Assembly: GCA_037446395.1 (NCBI GenBank)
Contig: JBBIIP010000004.1
Coordinates: 17,625-81,624, forward strand
Direction of reading: 5' to 3'
Origin: Lentimicrobiaceae bacterium
Lineage (GTDB): Bacteria; Bacteroidota; Bacteroidia; Bacteroidales; JAAYJT01
DNA length: 64,000 bases
Shown here piece after piece: positions 40,247-49,324 of this stretch. Position 1 is the stretch's first letter. Each line of letters opens with the position of its first letter. The translations under genes were made by a program, and so were the position numbers. The notes beneath the pieces are model-generated. The model made no database searches, was not told the origin of the DNA, and was given only the letters and a program-made list of their open reading frames with translations.

Positions 40247-41965
40247 ATGAATAAGTCAATAAAAATTATATTAGCAGCAGTCCTCCTGGTTTTCATATCC
40301 TCCTGTTCAAAAGTTTTAGAGGAAGATCCAAAATCACTACTAACCGCAAAGTACCTTGAGACTCCTGGTGGTGTGCTTTCGGCCTTATATTCGTGCTACT
40401 CTGACCTTCGTTTATTCTATGGAGGAGAAAGCGCAATGAGTATGACTGTGGCAGGCACGGATGAGTTTCAAAGGGGACCGGATGGAAGCCTGGGATTAAA
40501 TATGTATAGCAACAGCGAACTACTTACCAATGGGCAGGTTGGAACAACCTGGAATTGGGGATATACTGCCATCAATACAGCAAATGCAGTTCTAAAATAT
40601 GCTCCAACATCTGGGATGCTACCAGCTGATGCCAAATACGTTATTGCTCAAGCAAAGTTTTTGCGCGCCTTATGGTACTACAACATGGTGCAAATGTATG
40701 GACCACTCGTTCTGAACCTGGAATTCATTTCTGAGCCAAAGACGGAGGCCATCAGGGTTCCGGTTGCTGATGTTTGGGCCGCTATAATAAAAGATCTTGA
40801 AGAAGCCAAGATAGATGTTCCGGCCCGTCCCCCTGCTCCTGGGCGAGTTTGGGCAGGATCAGTTTATCATTTGCTTGCCAAGGCCTATCTGACCCGGGCT
40901 GCACATCCCGAAGCCAAGCAACCCACTGATTACCAGAAAGCATACGACAATGCCATGTTGCTAATAAACAATGCAGGCACTTACGGATTGGCTTTGCTTA
41001 GAGATTTTGCAGATGTTCATAAACCAAGAAATGAAGCCAGTTCTGAAATTCTCTTCACCGCTGAGCGTAACACAGATAACACATTCAATAATCTGGACCC
41101 GAATGTTGAAGGCAATAAAAATAACAGAAGCAGTTTCTTTTTCCGCCCAAATTACTCAGCCATTGTTAAGGGTCTGATTCGCGATATTCCCAATGGCCGC
41201 CCCTGGCATCGTGTGAGGCCTACTAATTATTTGCTTGATGTTGTTTTTGCGGATCGGACAGATGATACTCGCTACCATAAGACTTTCCAAACAGTGTGGC
41301 TCGTAAATGACGAAGCCAATGCCGAAAAACCTGGTTTCAAGAATGGTGATACTGCAGTTTGGCTCCCCGGATATGAAACCTATAAGGCAGCAAAGGCGCT
41401 CAGAATCTATCCGCCCACGCAGTATTTCGGTAATCCCAGCAGCACTGGCTTGTCTATTTATCCTTCGATGCGAAAATATGATGATATTGATCGGCCAACG
41501 ATTGCCGATGCCTCAGTAAGACCATTTATAATCTTTAAGTTTTCCGAAACTTATCTGATTGCTGCCGAAGCTGCCATGTATTTGAACAATGCCAGCCAAG
41601 CCAGGACGCTTATAAATGTGATCAGGGCTCGTGCCGGGTTTCTTGCCGGCCGTTCTGATGCAGGAAATGCAATGGCAGTAAAACGCCTGACCGAAAGCAC
41701 TCCAGCTTTGACAGACAAGGATGCCGGAATCAACTTTATTCTTGAAGAGCGAAGCAGGGAACTTTGCGGCGAATACATGCGGTGGTTTGATTTGGCCAGA
41801 ACCCGCACTACCGCAGGGCAAGCAATGCTCTTTAACAGGTTAAGGAATCTTGTTCCCGATATACCTTGTAAGAGCTCTATCCAGGATCACCACATCCTGC
41901 GACCTATTCCCCAAGCCCAGATAGATTTGACGACTAATAAGATTCTTCAGAATCCAGGATACTAG
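40247..41965 (+). CDS. susD: SusD/RagB-family outer-membrane glycan-binding lipoprotein
   Basis: 572 aa. It has a lipobox (VFISSC), lies directly after susC, and carries a TPR-like helical SusD pattern (…RALWYYNMVQMYG…, …ERSRELCGEYMRWFDLAR…). Confidence 0.93.
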   Translation: MNKSIKIILAAVLLVFISSCSKVLEEDPKSLLTAKYLETPGGVLSALYSCYSDLRLFYGGESAMSMTVAGTDEFQRGPDGSLGLNMYSNSELLTNGQVGTTWNWGYTAINTANAVLKYAPTSGMLPADAKYVIAQAKFLRALWYYNMVQMYGPLVLNLEFISEPKTEAIRVPVADVWAAIIKDLEEAKIDVPARPPAPGRVWAGSVYHLLAKAYLTRAAHPEAKQPTDYQKAYDNAMLLINNAGTYGLALLRDFADVHKPRNEASSEILFTAERNTDNTFNNLDPNVEGNKNNRSSFFFRPNYSAIVKGLIRDIPNGRPWHRVRPTNYLLDVVFADRTDDTRYHKTFQTVWLVNDEANAEKPGFKNGDTAVWLPGYETYKAAKALRIYPPTQYFGNPSSTGLSIYPSMRKYDDIDRPTIADASVRPFIIFKFSETYLIAAEAAMYLNNASQARTLINVIRARAGFLAGRSDAGNAMAVKRLTESTPALTDKDAGINFILEERSRELCGEYMRWFDLARTRTTAGQAMLFNRLRNLVPDIPCKSSIQDHHILRPIPQAQIDLTTNKILQNPGY

Positions 41966-42005
41966 GAATCAAATGAATTGATTTAACCATAAAATTTTAA
42001 TAAAT

Positions 42006-43097
42006 ATGAAAAAAATATTTCTGCTGACATTGATGATTCCGGTTCTTTTCCTCGGTTGTGAGGATGACGAAACATATATGGAATCTAAAATTGTCGACAT
42101 GAATGCCAACATTACCAATGTCGATAAGAATATTACACAACCCGGAGGAATTGTTACGTTCACTGGCAAAGACCTGGATAAAGTATATAAGATCATGCTC
42201 AACACAGAAAATGTCAATGTAACCTTCACTGCAACTCCAACCGAACTCAAGATGACCGTCCCGGCTTCTGCCCCCTTGGGCGATGTCATCACCATCAACC
42301 TTTTCTTTTCAGGGAAAGGATTGGCCCAAAGGGCCATAAAGATTATATCTCCTCCCACAATTCAAGCATTCAGCCCTGAGGCTGCGCTACCTGGAACCAT
42401 TATAAGGCTCATGGGACGTGAACTGTATCTGGCACAGAGGATTTTTGTCGGGACCATCCAGGTCGCTTCTTTTGAAATTGTTGATGACCGAAACCTACGG
42501 TTTGCCATGCCGGTTGGCTCTACTGGTGGCATTATTAAATTGGTAACTGCAACAGGCGGTGAATCATTAAGTGCTACTTCACTCGTACTGGGAAGAGAAA
42601 TACTCATCAATGATTTTGACAACACCAGCACATTTTACACTGGCATAAGCCCGAATGGCAACATAAACAAGACCCCTGCTTATCCAACCGATGAATTCCC
42701 AAGAAATAAGTTTTGTCTATTAACAATACAAGATTTTTCTACCAGTTGGGGAGGTAATGTTGACTATTATTTTGCCAACCAACCTGCTGCTGATAACGCC
42801 AAGGTTTCATTATTAATTGATATCAAGGCTTCAAAAGCCATGAATATTAACATGATGGTAGCAAAAGGCTCTGATGTTTGGGGATTGACCAGGCCTGTTA
42901 CCACTAGTTGGCAAACGATCGTGATTCCGTTTAGCACAATGGGATCAGGGTATGGAAGCACGATTCCACCCAGTCCGGTGGTTGCTCCTTTTGCCGAGCT
43001 GGGCATGGTTAAAATTCAGCCCCCTGCTTCGGCAGCCAACAATAACTTTGGCGAAACTGTATCAATTGACAACATCAAGTTTATTATTACGAATTAA
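42006..43097 (+). CDS. Surface lipoprotein with 2 IPT/TIG-like Ig repeats plus an unassigned C-terminal beta-rich module (SGBP position)
   Basis: 363 aa. The lipobox is LFLGC, followed by acidic EDDE. There are two ~85-aa repeats with a P-x-I…G..V.F.G…L.M.VP..A..G.I pattern. The C-terminal ~170 aa ends ETVSIDNIKFIITN. Confidence 0.8.
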   Translation: MKKIFLLTLMIPVLFLGCEDDETYMESKIVDMNANITNVDKNITQPGGIVTFTGKDLDKVYKIMLNTENVNVTFTATPTELKMTVPASAPLGDVITINLFFSGKGLAQRAIKIISPPTIQAFSPEAALPGTIIRLMGRELYLAQRIFVGTIQVASFEIVDDRNLRFAMPVGSTGGIIKLVTATGGESLSATSLVLGREILINDFDNTSTFYTGISPNGNINKTPAYPTDEFPRNKFCLLTIQDFSTSWGGNVDYYFANQPAADNAKVSLLIDIKASKAMNINMMVAKGSDVWGLTRPVTTSWQTIVIPFSTMGSGYGSTIPPSPVVAPFAELGMVKIQPPASAANNNFGETVSIDNIKFIITN

Positions 43098-43112
43098 TAA
43101 AACTGAAATCAG

Positions 43113-44882
43113 ATGAATATATTCATTCAACTAACCAAAGCCGCCCTGACAATTTTGTTTGTTTCATTGCTGGCTTTAAGTTGCGAGAAAAGCGCACCAT
43201 TGAACATTGACCCAATCGTACAAACAGCGCCTTTCACATTCGATCCTCAAACCGGATTCGCTGGCCAAAATGTTAAAATCATGGGAAAAGGCTTTACTGA
43301 TGTCATGAAGGTTTCTTTTGTGAGTACCGAAGCCCAGATATTATCCAAAACCGATACCGAAATCAATGTGAAAGTTCCTGTTGGTGCTATAACCGGGAAG
43401 ATTAAACTTGTAAAAGAAAATACGGTTATTACATCTATTGACAATTTTACGGTGAGTGTTACACCAGTTCCGACGATAACTGATTTCACCCCTGAAATTG
43501 CTAGCAGTGGAGAAGTAGTTACAATCAATGGAACTCTCCTTAATATTGTTGACTCTGTCTTTATCGGTAATTTGAAAGCGACTCTTCAGAGCAAGACTGC
43601 AACACAGATAAAGATTTTGGCACCTGTTGGCCTACAAACTGGTTCATTACAACTCTACTATATGTTTATGACCAGTTATGGCATTCCTAAAAAAGGGGTT
43701 GCCACAAGTTCAAAGCAACTATCGCTTGCTCTACCCGTAATCAGCTCAATTACTCCCGATATTTCAGCATTGAATATTGGTGATCAGCTTACAATCACAG
43801 GTACAATGATGAATGTTGTAACAAGGGTTCAGTTTGGAACAATCACCAACACTTTCACCGTAGTAAGCCCCACTGTACTTCGTGTAAATGTGCCGGTTGG
43901 GGCAACTACGGGTAAGATCATTCTCACGGTACCCGACGGAACTACAGAAACTGCAGGCAATTTTCAAGTGATCTTACCTACCATCGCCAGTTTCTTCCCA
44001 TTTAAAGGAGCTGAAATTTCGGGGGGAGTTCGCGATATTACTCTAACAGGCACCAGGTTTGACCTGGTGACAAGTGCCCGCATTGGTGCTAATGCTGCCA
44101 CAATAATGGCTCAATCTGCAACCAATCTTACTGTGAGGGTTTCCGGAGCCCAAAGCGGAATCATAAGCCTTGTGACTACAAATGGAACTGTAAGCACCGC
44201 TTCTCCTTTTATTATCACAGGAAATTTCTGGCTGGCTGATTATGATAACATGTACACTCCTGTTCGTTTGTTTAATGAACCAATGTACACAGGTGCCGCC
44301 AATAGTGAGCAGTTTGTTGATTTTTCTGTAACCTCGAAAACTATCGTAGCAAGCGGACAACCAAGAGGGAATTTCCGTAGTTGGAATGTTACATTCACAG
44401 GTGGCTCGCCCAGGATGTATTTTAGGGGCGATCAGGGATCGGCTGCAAACCCGGCTCCCGATAGGTTCTTGCTCTACACGAATAGCTCAGTAGGTGTTAC
44501 TTTTGAATTTGATATATCATGGGATGTTATTCCCACCTCATTGCTTGATGCAAATAACAATGTAACCCTCAAAATGTTGTTTTTCAATGCTGATCAAGCC
44601 GCCGGAGGTGGGTATGGGTATTACACCGAACTTTTTAAGGTAAAATACGATGGTGTGCGTGCCTGGAAAACTGTTGTTATCAACACAAATGCAACTAGAG
44701 TAGGCAATGATTCATTCATGTATAACGCACTAGTTCCTGCTGTAAGTGCTCAAAAATTTGCCCCTAATAATTGCAGAATTATCTGCGTTATGTTCCCTGA
44801 TTCATATGCATCTGGTGGAACACCAATAACAGGTCAGGCAATGACTGTAAACTTTGATAACGTTAAGTTCGTTATTAATTAA
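43113..44882 (+). CDS. Surface lipoprotein with 4 IPT/TIG-like Ig repeats plus a paralogous unassigned C-terminal module (second SGBP)
   Basis: 589 aa. The lipobox is LALSC. There are four ~85-aa repeats (e.g. PTITDFTPEIASSGEVVTINGTLLNIVDSVFIGN…, PVISSITPDISALNIGDQLTITGTMMNVV…VPVGATTGKIILTV). The C-terminal ~218 aa ends MTVNFDNVKFVIN. Confidence 0.8.
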   Translation: MNIFIQLTKAALTILFVSLLALSCEKSAPLNIDPIVQTAPFTFDPQTGFAGQNVKIMGKGFTDVMKVSFVSTEAQILSKTDTEINVKVPVGAITGKIKLVKENTVITSIDNFTVSVTPVPTITDFTPEIASSGEVVTINGTLLNIVDSVFIGNLKATLQSKTATQIKILAPVGLQTGSLQLYYMFMTSYGIPKKGVATSSKQLSLALPVISSITPDISALNIGDQLTITGTMMNVVTRVQFGTITNTFTVVSPTVLRVNVPVGATTGKIILTVPDGTTETAGNFQVILPTIASFFPFKGAEISGGVRDITLTGTRFDLVTSARIGANAATIMAQSATNLTVRVSGAQSGIISLVTTNGTVSTASPFIITGNFWLADYDNMYTPVRLFNEPMYTGAANSEQFVDFSVTSKTIVASGQPRGNFRSWNVTFTGGSPRMYFRGDQGSAANPAPDRFLLYTNSSVGVTFEFDISWDVIPTSLLDANNNVTLKMLFFNADQAAGGGYGYYTELFKVKYDGVRAWKTVVINTNATRVGNDSFMYNALVPAVSAQKFAPNNCRIICVMFPDSYASGGTPITGQAMTVNFDNVKFVIN

Positions 44883-44884
44883 CC

Positions 44885-44925
44885 TTCAAGGTGGCCATAG
44901 GCTATTTGCCTATGGCCACCTTGAA
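44885..44925 (+). terminator. Perfect 18-bp stem / 5-nt loop hairpin 3 nt after the second SGBP stop (intra-PUL attenuator or RNA-stability element)
   Basis: TTCAAGGTGGCCATAGGC-TATTT-GCCTATGGCCACCTTGAA, followed by TTGTATCCTTGCTTCTT. The stem has no mismatch and is 10/18 G+C. Confidence 0.7.
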
Positions 44926-44953
44926 TTGTATCCTTGCTTCTTAAGTTTAGCCA

Positions 44954-46072
44954 TTGATGAAAAATTTTATCTGCTATTTAATAGTTGCATTATGTTTATG
45001 TGGAGCTTCCTGTGGGACTGATGACCCTGATGATATCACTCCGCCCACTAAGCCAGCCAAGCCTAAAACCCTTGAAGAGTACAATCGAGTGACACAAGGT
45101 TTAAAGGATTATTTTACAACAGGCGGCTTTTTTGAAATCGGCACAGCAATTGAACCAACGTCTGTTGATAATACCTCTGAAGTGAACCTTATGAAAAGGC
45201 ATTTTAGCTGTTTGACTGCAGAGAATGTGATGAAATGGTCTTCATTGCAGCCAACCCAAGGAACATACCGATTTGAAGGTGCGGATAAAATTGTGTCATT
45301 TGCGCAAAGCAATGGCATGAAAGTCAGAGGCCATACGTTGATCTGGCATTCGCAATGTCCAGATTGGGTCTTCGAAAAAAACGGTGTTACTGCAACTAAG
45401 GATACTGTTTTGAATCGGCTCAGAAAACACATTAATACTGTCATGACCCGATACAAAGGCAAAGTGTATGCATGGGATGTAGTGAATGAGGCGATTGATG
45501 ATGGGAGTGGGTTTTACAAAAGCACTAAATGGTATAACATCTGCGGCGAAGAATTTATCTTTGAGGCTTTTCGTGCTGCCAGGCAAGCCGATCCACAGGC
45601 TAAGTTGTTCTACAACGACTATTCAGAAACCAATGCAACCAAACGCGAAAAAATCTATTTATTATTGAGTAGGTTAAAGGCCGAAGGGCTGGTTGATGGA
45701 ATGGGCCTACAAGGGCACTGGAATATCGAAGCTCCATCATCTGAATTGATAATTGAAGCGTTAAACCGCTACTACTCGCTAGGAATCGAGTTGCACGTCA
45801 CTGAATTGGATGTTTCGGTCTATAATAGTAACTCTGCACCTCAAATTGTTTATTCCACTGAACTTGAGCAACAACTTAACTTCTCCTATATCAGATTCTT
45901 CAACCTTTTCAGGCTCCATAAGGAAAAAATCACCAATGTAACTTTTTGGGGTTTGACCGATAAGCATTCATGGCTAAACAATTGGCCTGTGGCCGGTAGA
46001 CAAAACTATCCGCTTTTATTCGACAGAAATAATGACCCAAAGAAAGCATATTTTGGGATCATCAATTTCTAG
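44954..46072 (+). CDS. GH10 endo-1,4-beta-xylanase lipoprotein (predicted surface-exposed)
   Basis: 372 aa. The lipobox is CGASC, followed by the acidic GTDDPDD. The GH10 catalytic motifs are AWDVVNEA (acid/base Glu) and HVTELDV (nucleophile Glu). Confidence 0.93.
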   Translation: MMKNFICYLIVALCLCGASCGTDDPDDITPPTKPAKPKTLEEYNRVTQGLKDYFTTGGFFEIGTAIEPTSVDNTSEVNLMKRHFSCLTAENVMKWSSLQPTQGTYRFEGADKIVSFAQSNGMKVRGHTLIWHSQCPDWVFEKNGVTATKDTVLNRLRKHINTVMTRYKGKVYAWDVVNEAIDDGSGFYKSTKWYNICGEEFIFEAFRAARQADPQAKLFYNDYSETNATKREKIYLLLSRLKAEGLVDGMGLQGHWNIEAPSSELIIEALNRYYSLGIELHVTELDVSVYNSNSAPQIVYSTELEQQLNFSYIRFFNLFRLHKEKITNVTFWGLTDKHSWLNNWPVAGRQNYPLLFDRNNDPKKAYFGIINF

Positions 46073-46179
46073 TATTGTCCATCGGTTGGTTAGCAGGCAT
46101 TCTATTCTTTGCAGATATTTCAACATTCTAAATTAAACTTTAGATTCCTCTTAGTTTGACAAAAGCAAAAGTAATCGAG

Positions 46180-48807
46180 ATGATCACCAGTCAGAATAAT
46201 ATTGATATATCCAAAGACAATAATACCCTTTGGGTGAATTTTTGTTTTAAAATAAATTCTATCATTCTTATCTTTTTGGTTGCAGGATCTATTTTTTATC
46301 CCATCAAGCTATATGGCCTTGATAAAACTGTGAACTCCGGAACGCAGAATTATATTACATTCAATAAGTCTGAAAATAGCTTTACAATTTTTGAATCCGA
46401 CTTTATAACCCCACTTATAGTTGATGAAAAAGAGTTTCCTGGGGTTCTGCGAATTGTTCGAATGATACAGCAAGACCTCAAGAGTATTACCTCAATTGAG
46501 CCCAAACTTTATCTGGGCAGGACTGTGAATACCAATTCGATCATCATCGGAACGCTTGGGAAAAGCTCCCTGATTGAAGAGCTTATCAGAAATAATAAAA
46601 TTGATGTCTCCGAATTGATCGGCAAGTGGGAAACATCTTTAACAACAGTTATTAATAATCCATTTCCAGGTGTTGATCAAGCGCTTGTGGTTGTGGGCAG
46701 TGACAAGCGGGGTACTATATACGGCCTATTCGATTTATCGCGTTTTTGTGGCGTTTCGCCATGGTATTGGTGGGCTGATGTGCCAATAAAAAAGCAAGCA
46801 GGCTTGTATTTCTCGTCAGGGAAATATTTAACTTATGAGCCAAAGGTTAAATATCGCGGGATTTTCTTAAACGATGAAGCACCAGCGCTGACTGGTTGGA
46901 GCAAGGTGACATTTGGCGGATTTAATCACAAATTCTATGAAAAAGTCTTTGAGGTTATTCTCAGGCTAAGGGGCAATTTTCTTTGGCCAGCCATGTGGGG
47001 AAGTGCATTTTTCGATGATGATCCGATGAATGGTCCGCTGGCCGATGAAATGGGAATCGTAATCGGCACTTCCCACCATGAGCCTGTTGGGAGAGCACAT
47101 GATGAGTGGAGACGATATGGCACCGGAAAATGGGATTACAGTATAAATTCAAAAGTTCTTACCGAATTTTGGAAGGCCGGAATTGCAAGGATGAAAAATT
47201 TTGAAACAATTGTTACTGTCGGCATGCGTGGTGATGGAGACGAACCCATGACAGAGCAGGCAAACATCAGCCTCCTCGAAAAAATCGTGAGCCAGCAACG
47301 CAAAATCATCTCACAGGTTACTGGAAAAAAACCTCAGGAAATTCCTCAGGTGTGGGCCTTATATAAAGAAGTTCAAGACTATTACGACCAAGGCATGAGG
47401 GTTCCGGATGATGTGACACTCCTGCTATGCGATGACAATTGGGGCAATGTACGCAAATTACCAAGCCCCAATGCCCCAAAGCGAAAAGGCGGATATGGAA
47501 TGTACTATCATTTCGATTACGTCGGAGGCCCAAGGAACTATAAATGGCTGAATGTTAGCCATGTACCAAGAATATGGGAGCAGATGAATCTCACTTGGCA
47601 GCATGGAGTTGACCGAATTTGGGTTGTAAACGTGGGGGATCTAAAGCCCATGGAATATCCGATAACATTCTTTCTTGATATGGCCTGGAACCCAGACGCT
47701 TTTCATGCAAATAACCTTTTTGAGCACACTATAGAATTTTGCCGTGAACAATTTGGAGGAAATTATGCAGAGGAGTCAGCAAGGCTGATAAATTTATATA
47801 CGAAATACAACCGAAGAGTTACTCCCGAATTGCTCAATTCCACAACCTATAGCCTACAGAACTATAATGAATTTGAGAGGGTTAAAAATGAATACAAAGA
47901 ACTTCTGCTGGACGCATTCAAGCTTTACTATTTGATGCCACGCGAATATCACGACGCTTATGATCAACTTGTCCTTTTTCCGATTCATGGTATGGCCAAT
48001 CTTTATGAGATGTATTATGCAGTTGCAAAAAACAATCACCATGCTGCTTCCTTTAATCCCGATGCAAATAAATGGGGAAATCTTGCCAAGGACTGTTATA
48101 CCCGGGACTCCTTACTCACAGTGCACTACAATACGGTTATAGCAAATGGCAAATGGCCACACATGATGGATCAGATTCGTATAGGCTACACGTATTGGCA
48201 GCAGCCCAGAAAACGAGTAATGCCTGCAATTCAAATGATTGATCAACCTTCAATCGCGACTGATTTGGTTTTTATTGAAGAAGATGGTTTTGTCTCGATT
48301 GAAGCAGCTAGTTTTAATCGGTCAAAAAATACGAATAGCATTAATTGGCTAGTAATTCCCGATCTGGGCAAGACTATTTGTGGTGTAACCACCTTTCCAC
48401 AACATATCTACCCAACTCCGAACGAGAAAGTGTTTCTTGAATATGATATCGTGTTTAAGAACATGGGGGATATAGTTGTTCGGGTGCTATTGTCTCCTAC
48501 GCTAAACTTCAATGAAAACAAGGGTTTGAGGTATGCGATTTCGTTTGGAGATGATCCGGAAACCGTAGTAAATATTAATAAAACCTACGATATAAAAGAG
48601 ATGGAGCAATGGCAAGCAAACAGTATTAATGAAACCAAAACGAAACACACGATTTCGCATCCCGGAATTAATACATTACGCTTTCGAGTGCTTGATCCAG
48701 GAATAGTACTGCAAAAAATAATAATTGACACCGGTGGGCTCAAGCCATCCTATCTCGGGCCACCTCAAAGCCCAAGAATATTGAGAAGTGAACTTGGAAA
48801 GAAATAA
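46180..48807 (+). CDS. GH115 xylan alpha-1,2-glucuronidase (the track start 46156 is a TTG; the first ATG is at 46180)
   Basis: About 875 aa. It has an N-terminal hydrophobic anchor and GH115-typical stretches (YRGIFLNDEAPALTGW, GTSHHEP, MRGDGDEPM, YYHFDYVGGPRNYKWLN). Confidence 0.85.
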   Translation: MITSQNNIDISKDNNTLWVNFCFKINSIILIFLVAGSIFYPIKLYGLDKTVNSGTQNYITFNKSENSFTIFESDFITPLIVDEKEFPGVLRIVRMIQQDLKSITSIEPKLYLGRTVNTNSIIIGTLGKSSLIEELIRNNKIDVSELIGKWETSLTTVINNPFPGVDQALVVVGSDKRGTIYGLFDLSRFCGVSPWYWWADVPIKKQAGLYFSSGKYLTYEPKVKYRGIFLNDEAPALTGWSKVTFGGFNHKFYEKVFEVILRLRGNFLWPAMWGSAFFDDDPMNGPLADEMGIVIGTSHHEPVGRAHDEWRRYGTGKWDYSINSKVLTEFWKAGIARMKNFETIVTVGMRGDGDEPMTEQANISLLEKIVSQQRKIISQVTGKKPQEIPQVWALYKEVQDYYDQGMRVPDDVTLLLCDDNWGNVRKLPSPNAPKRKGGYGMYYHFDYVGGPRNYKWLNVSHVPRIWEQMNLTWQHGVDRIWVVNVGDLKPMEYPITFFLDMAWNPDAFHANNLFEHTIEFCREQFGGNYAEESARLINLYTKYNRRVTPELLNSTTYSLQNYNEFERVKNEYKELLLDAFKLYYLMPREYHDAYDQLVLFPIHGMANLYEMYYAVAKNNHHAASFNPDANKWGNLAKDCYTRDSLLTVHYNTVIANGKWPHMMDQIRIGYTYWQQPRKRVMPAIQMIDQPSIATDLVFIEEDGFVSIEAASFNRSKNTNSINWLVIPDLGKTICGVTTFPQHIYPTPNEKVFLEYDIVFKNMGDIVVRVLLSPTLNFNENKGLRYAISFGDDPETVVNINKTYDIKEMEQWQANSINETKTKHTISHPGINTLRFRVLDPGIVLQKIIIDTGGLKPSYLGPPQSPRILRSELGKK

Positions 48808-49324
48808 TTCTTTCTGTGTAAAAAGGATGATACAATGAACGAAGTATCCTTAATTGATAACTTTTATATCTGACAAACCAGGGAAAATACGGACTAACTT
48901 TTTGCTGATAAATGATTTCGTACAACAAATAAAATGTGCAGCATTGTTTCCTCAATAATGTTTGGTAATGGTGAAGACTTCTCATGCACCATTCCTGTTT
49001 CTTGTTTTTCTGATGATGGTTTTGGTTGGTTAGGGAAAGGGGATTCTGCTTTCATAAATCAAAAATTATCGAAGGCATTCATCCCCTTTTCTTCTTTATT
49101 ACAACCTACTTGTTTCCCCTACCTTTGATTTTTATACTGAGTAAAAAATTTAACACCAAGCAATGCCCAATATCTTTCCGCGGATAAGTCCAACCCTGAA
49201 TATAAACATGACATTTGAAATCCAGGTGAACAACCATCAAGAATACAGCTTGATACCTATTGGTCAATTAAAACTTTCGAGAAACTGAACAGCCCTTTCA
49301 CTCATATCACGCATTTTTTTTGCC

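Noticed and set aside
48740-49128. Track ORFs of 81 aa (minus strand) and 64 aa (plus strand) in the GH115-GH3 gap
   Set aside because: They overlap each other on opposite strands, are Cys/Phe/Tyr-rich, and have no motifs or signal sequences. They are treated as non-coding pending comparative data.
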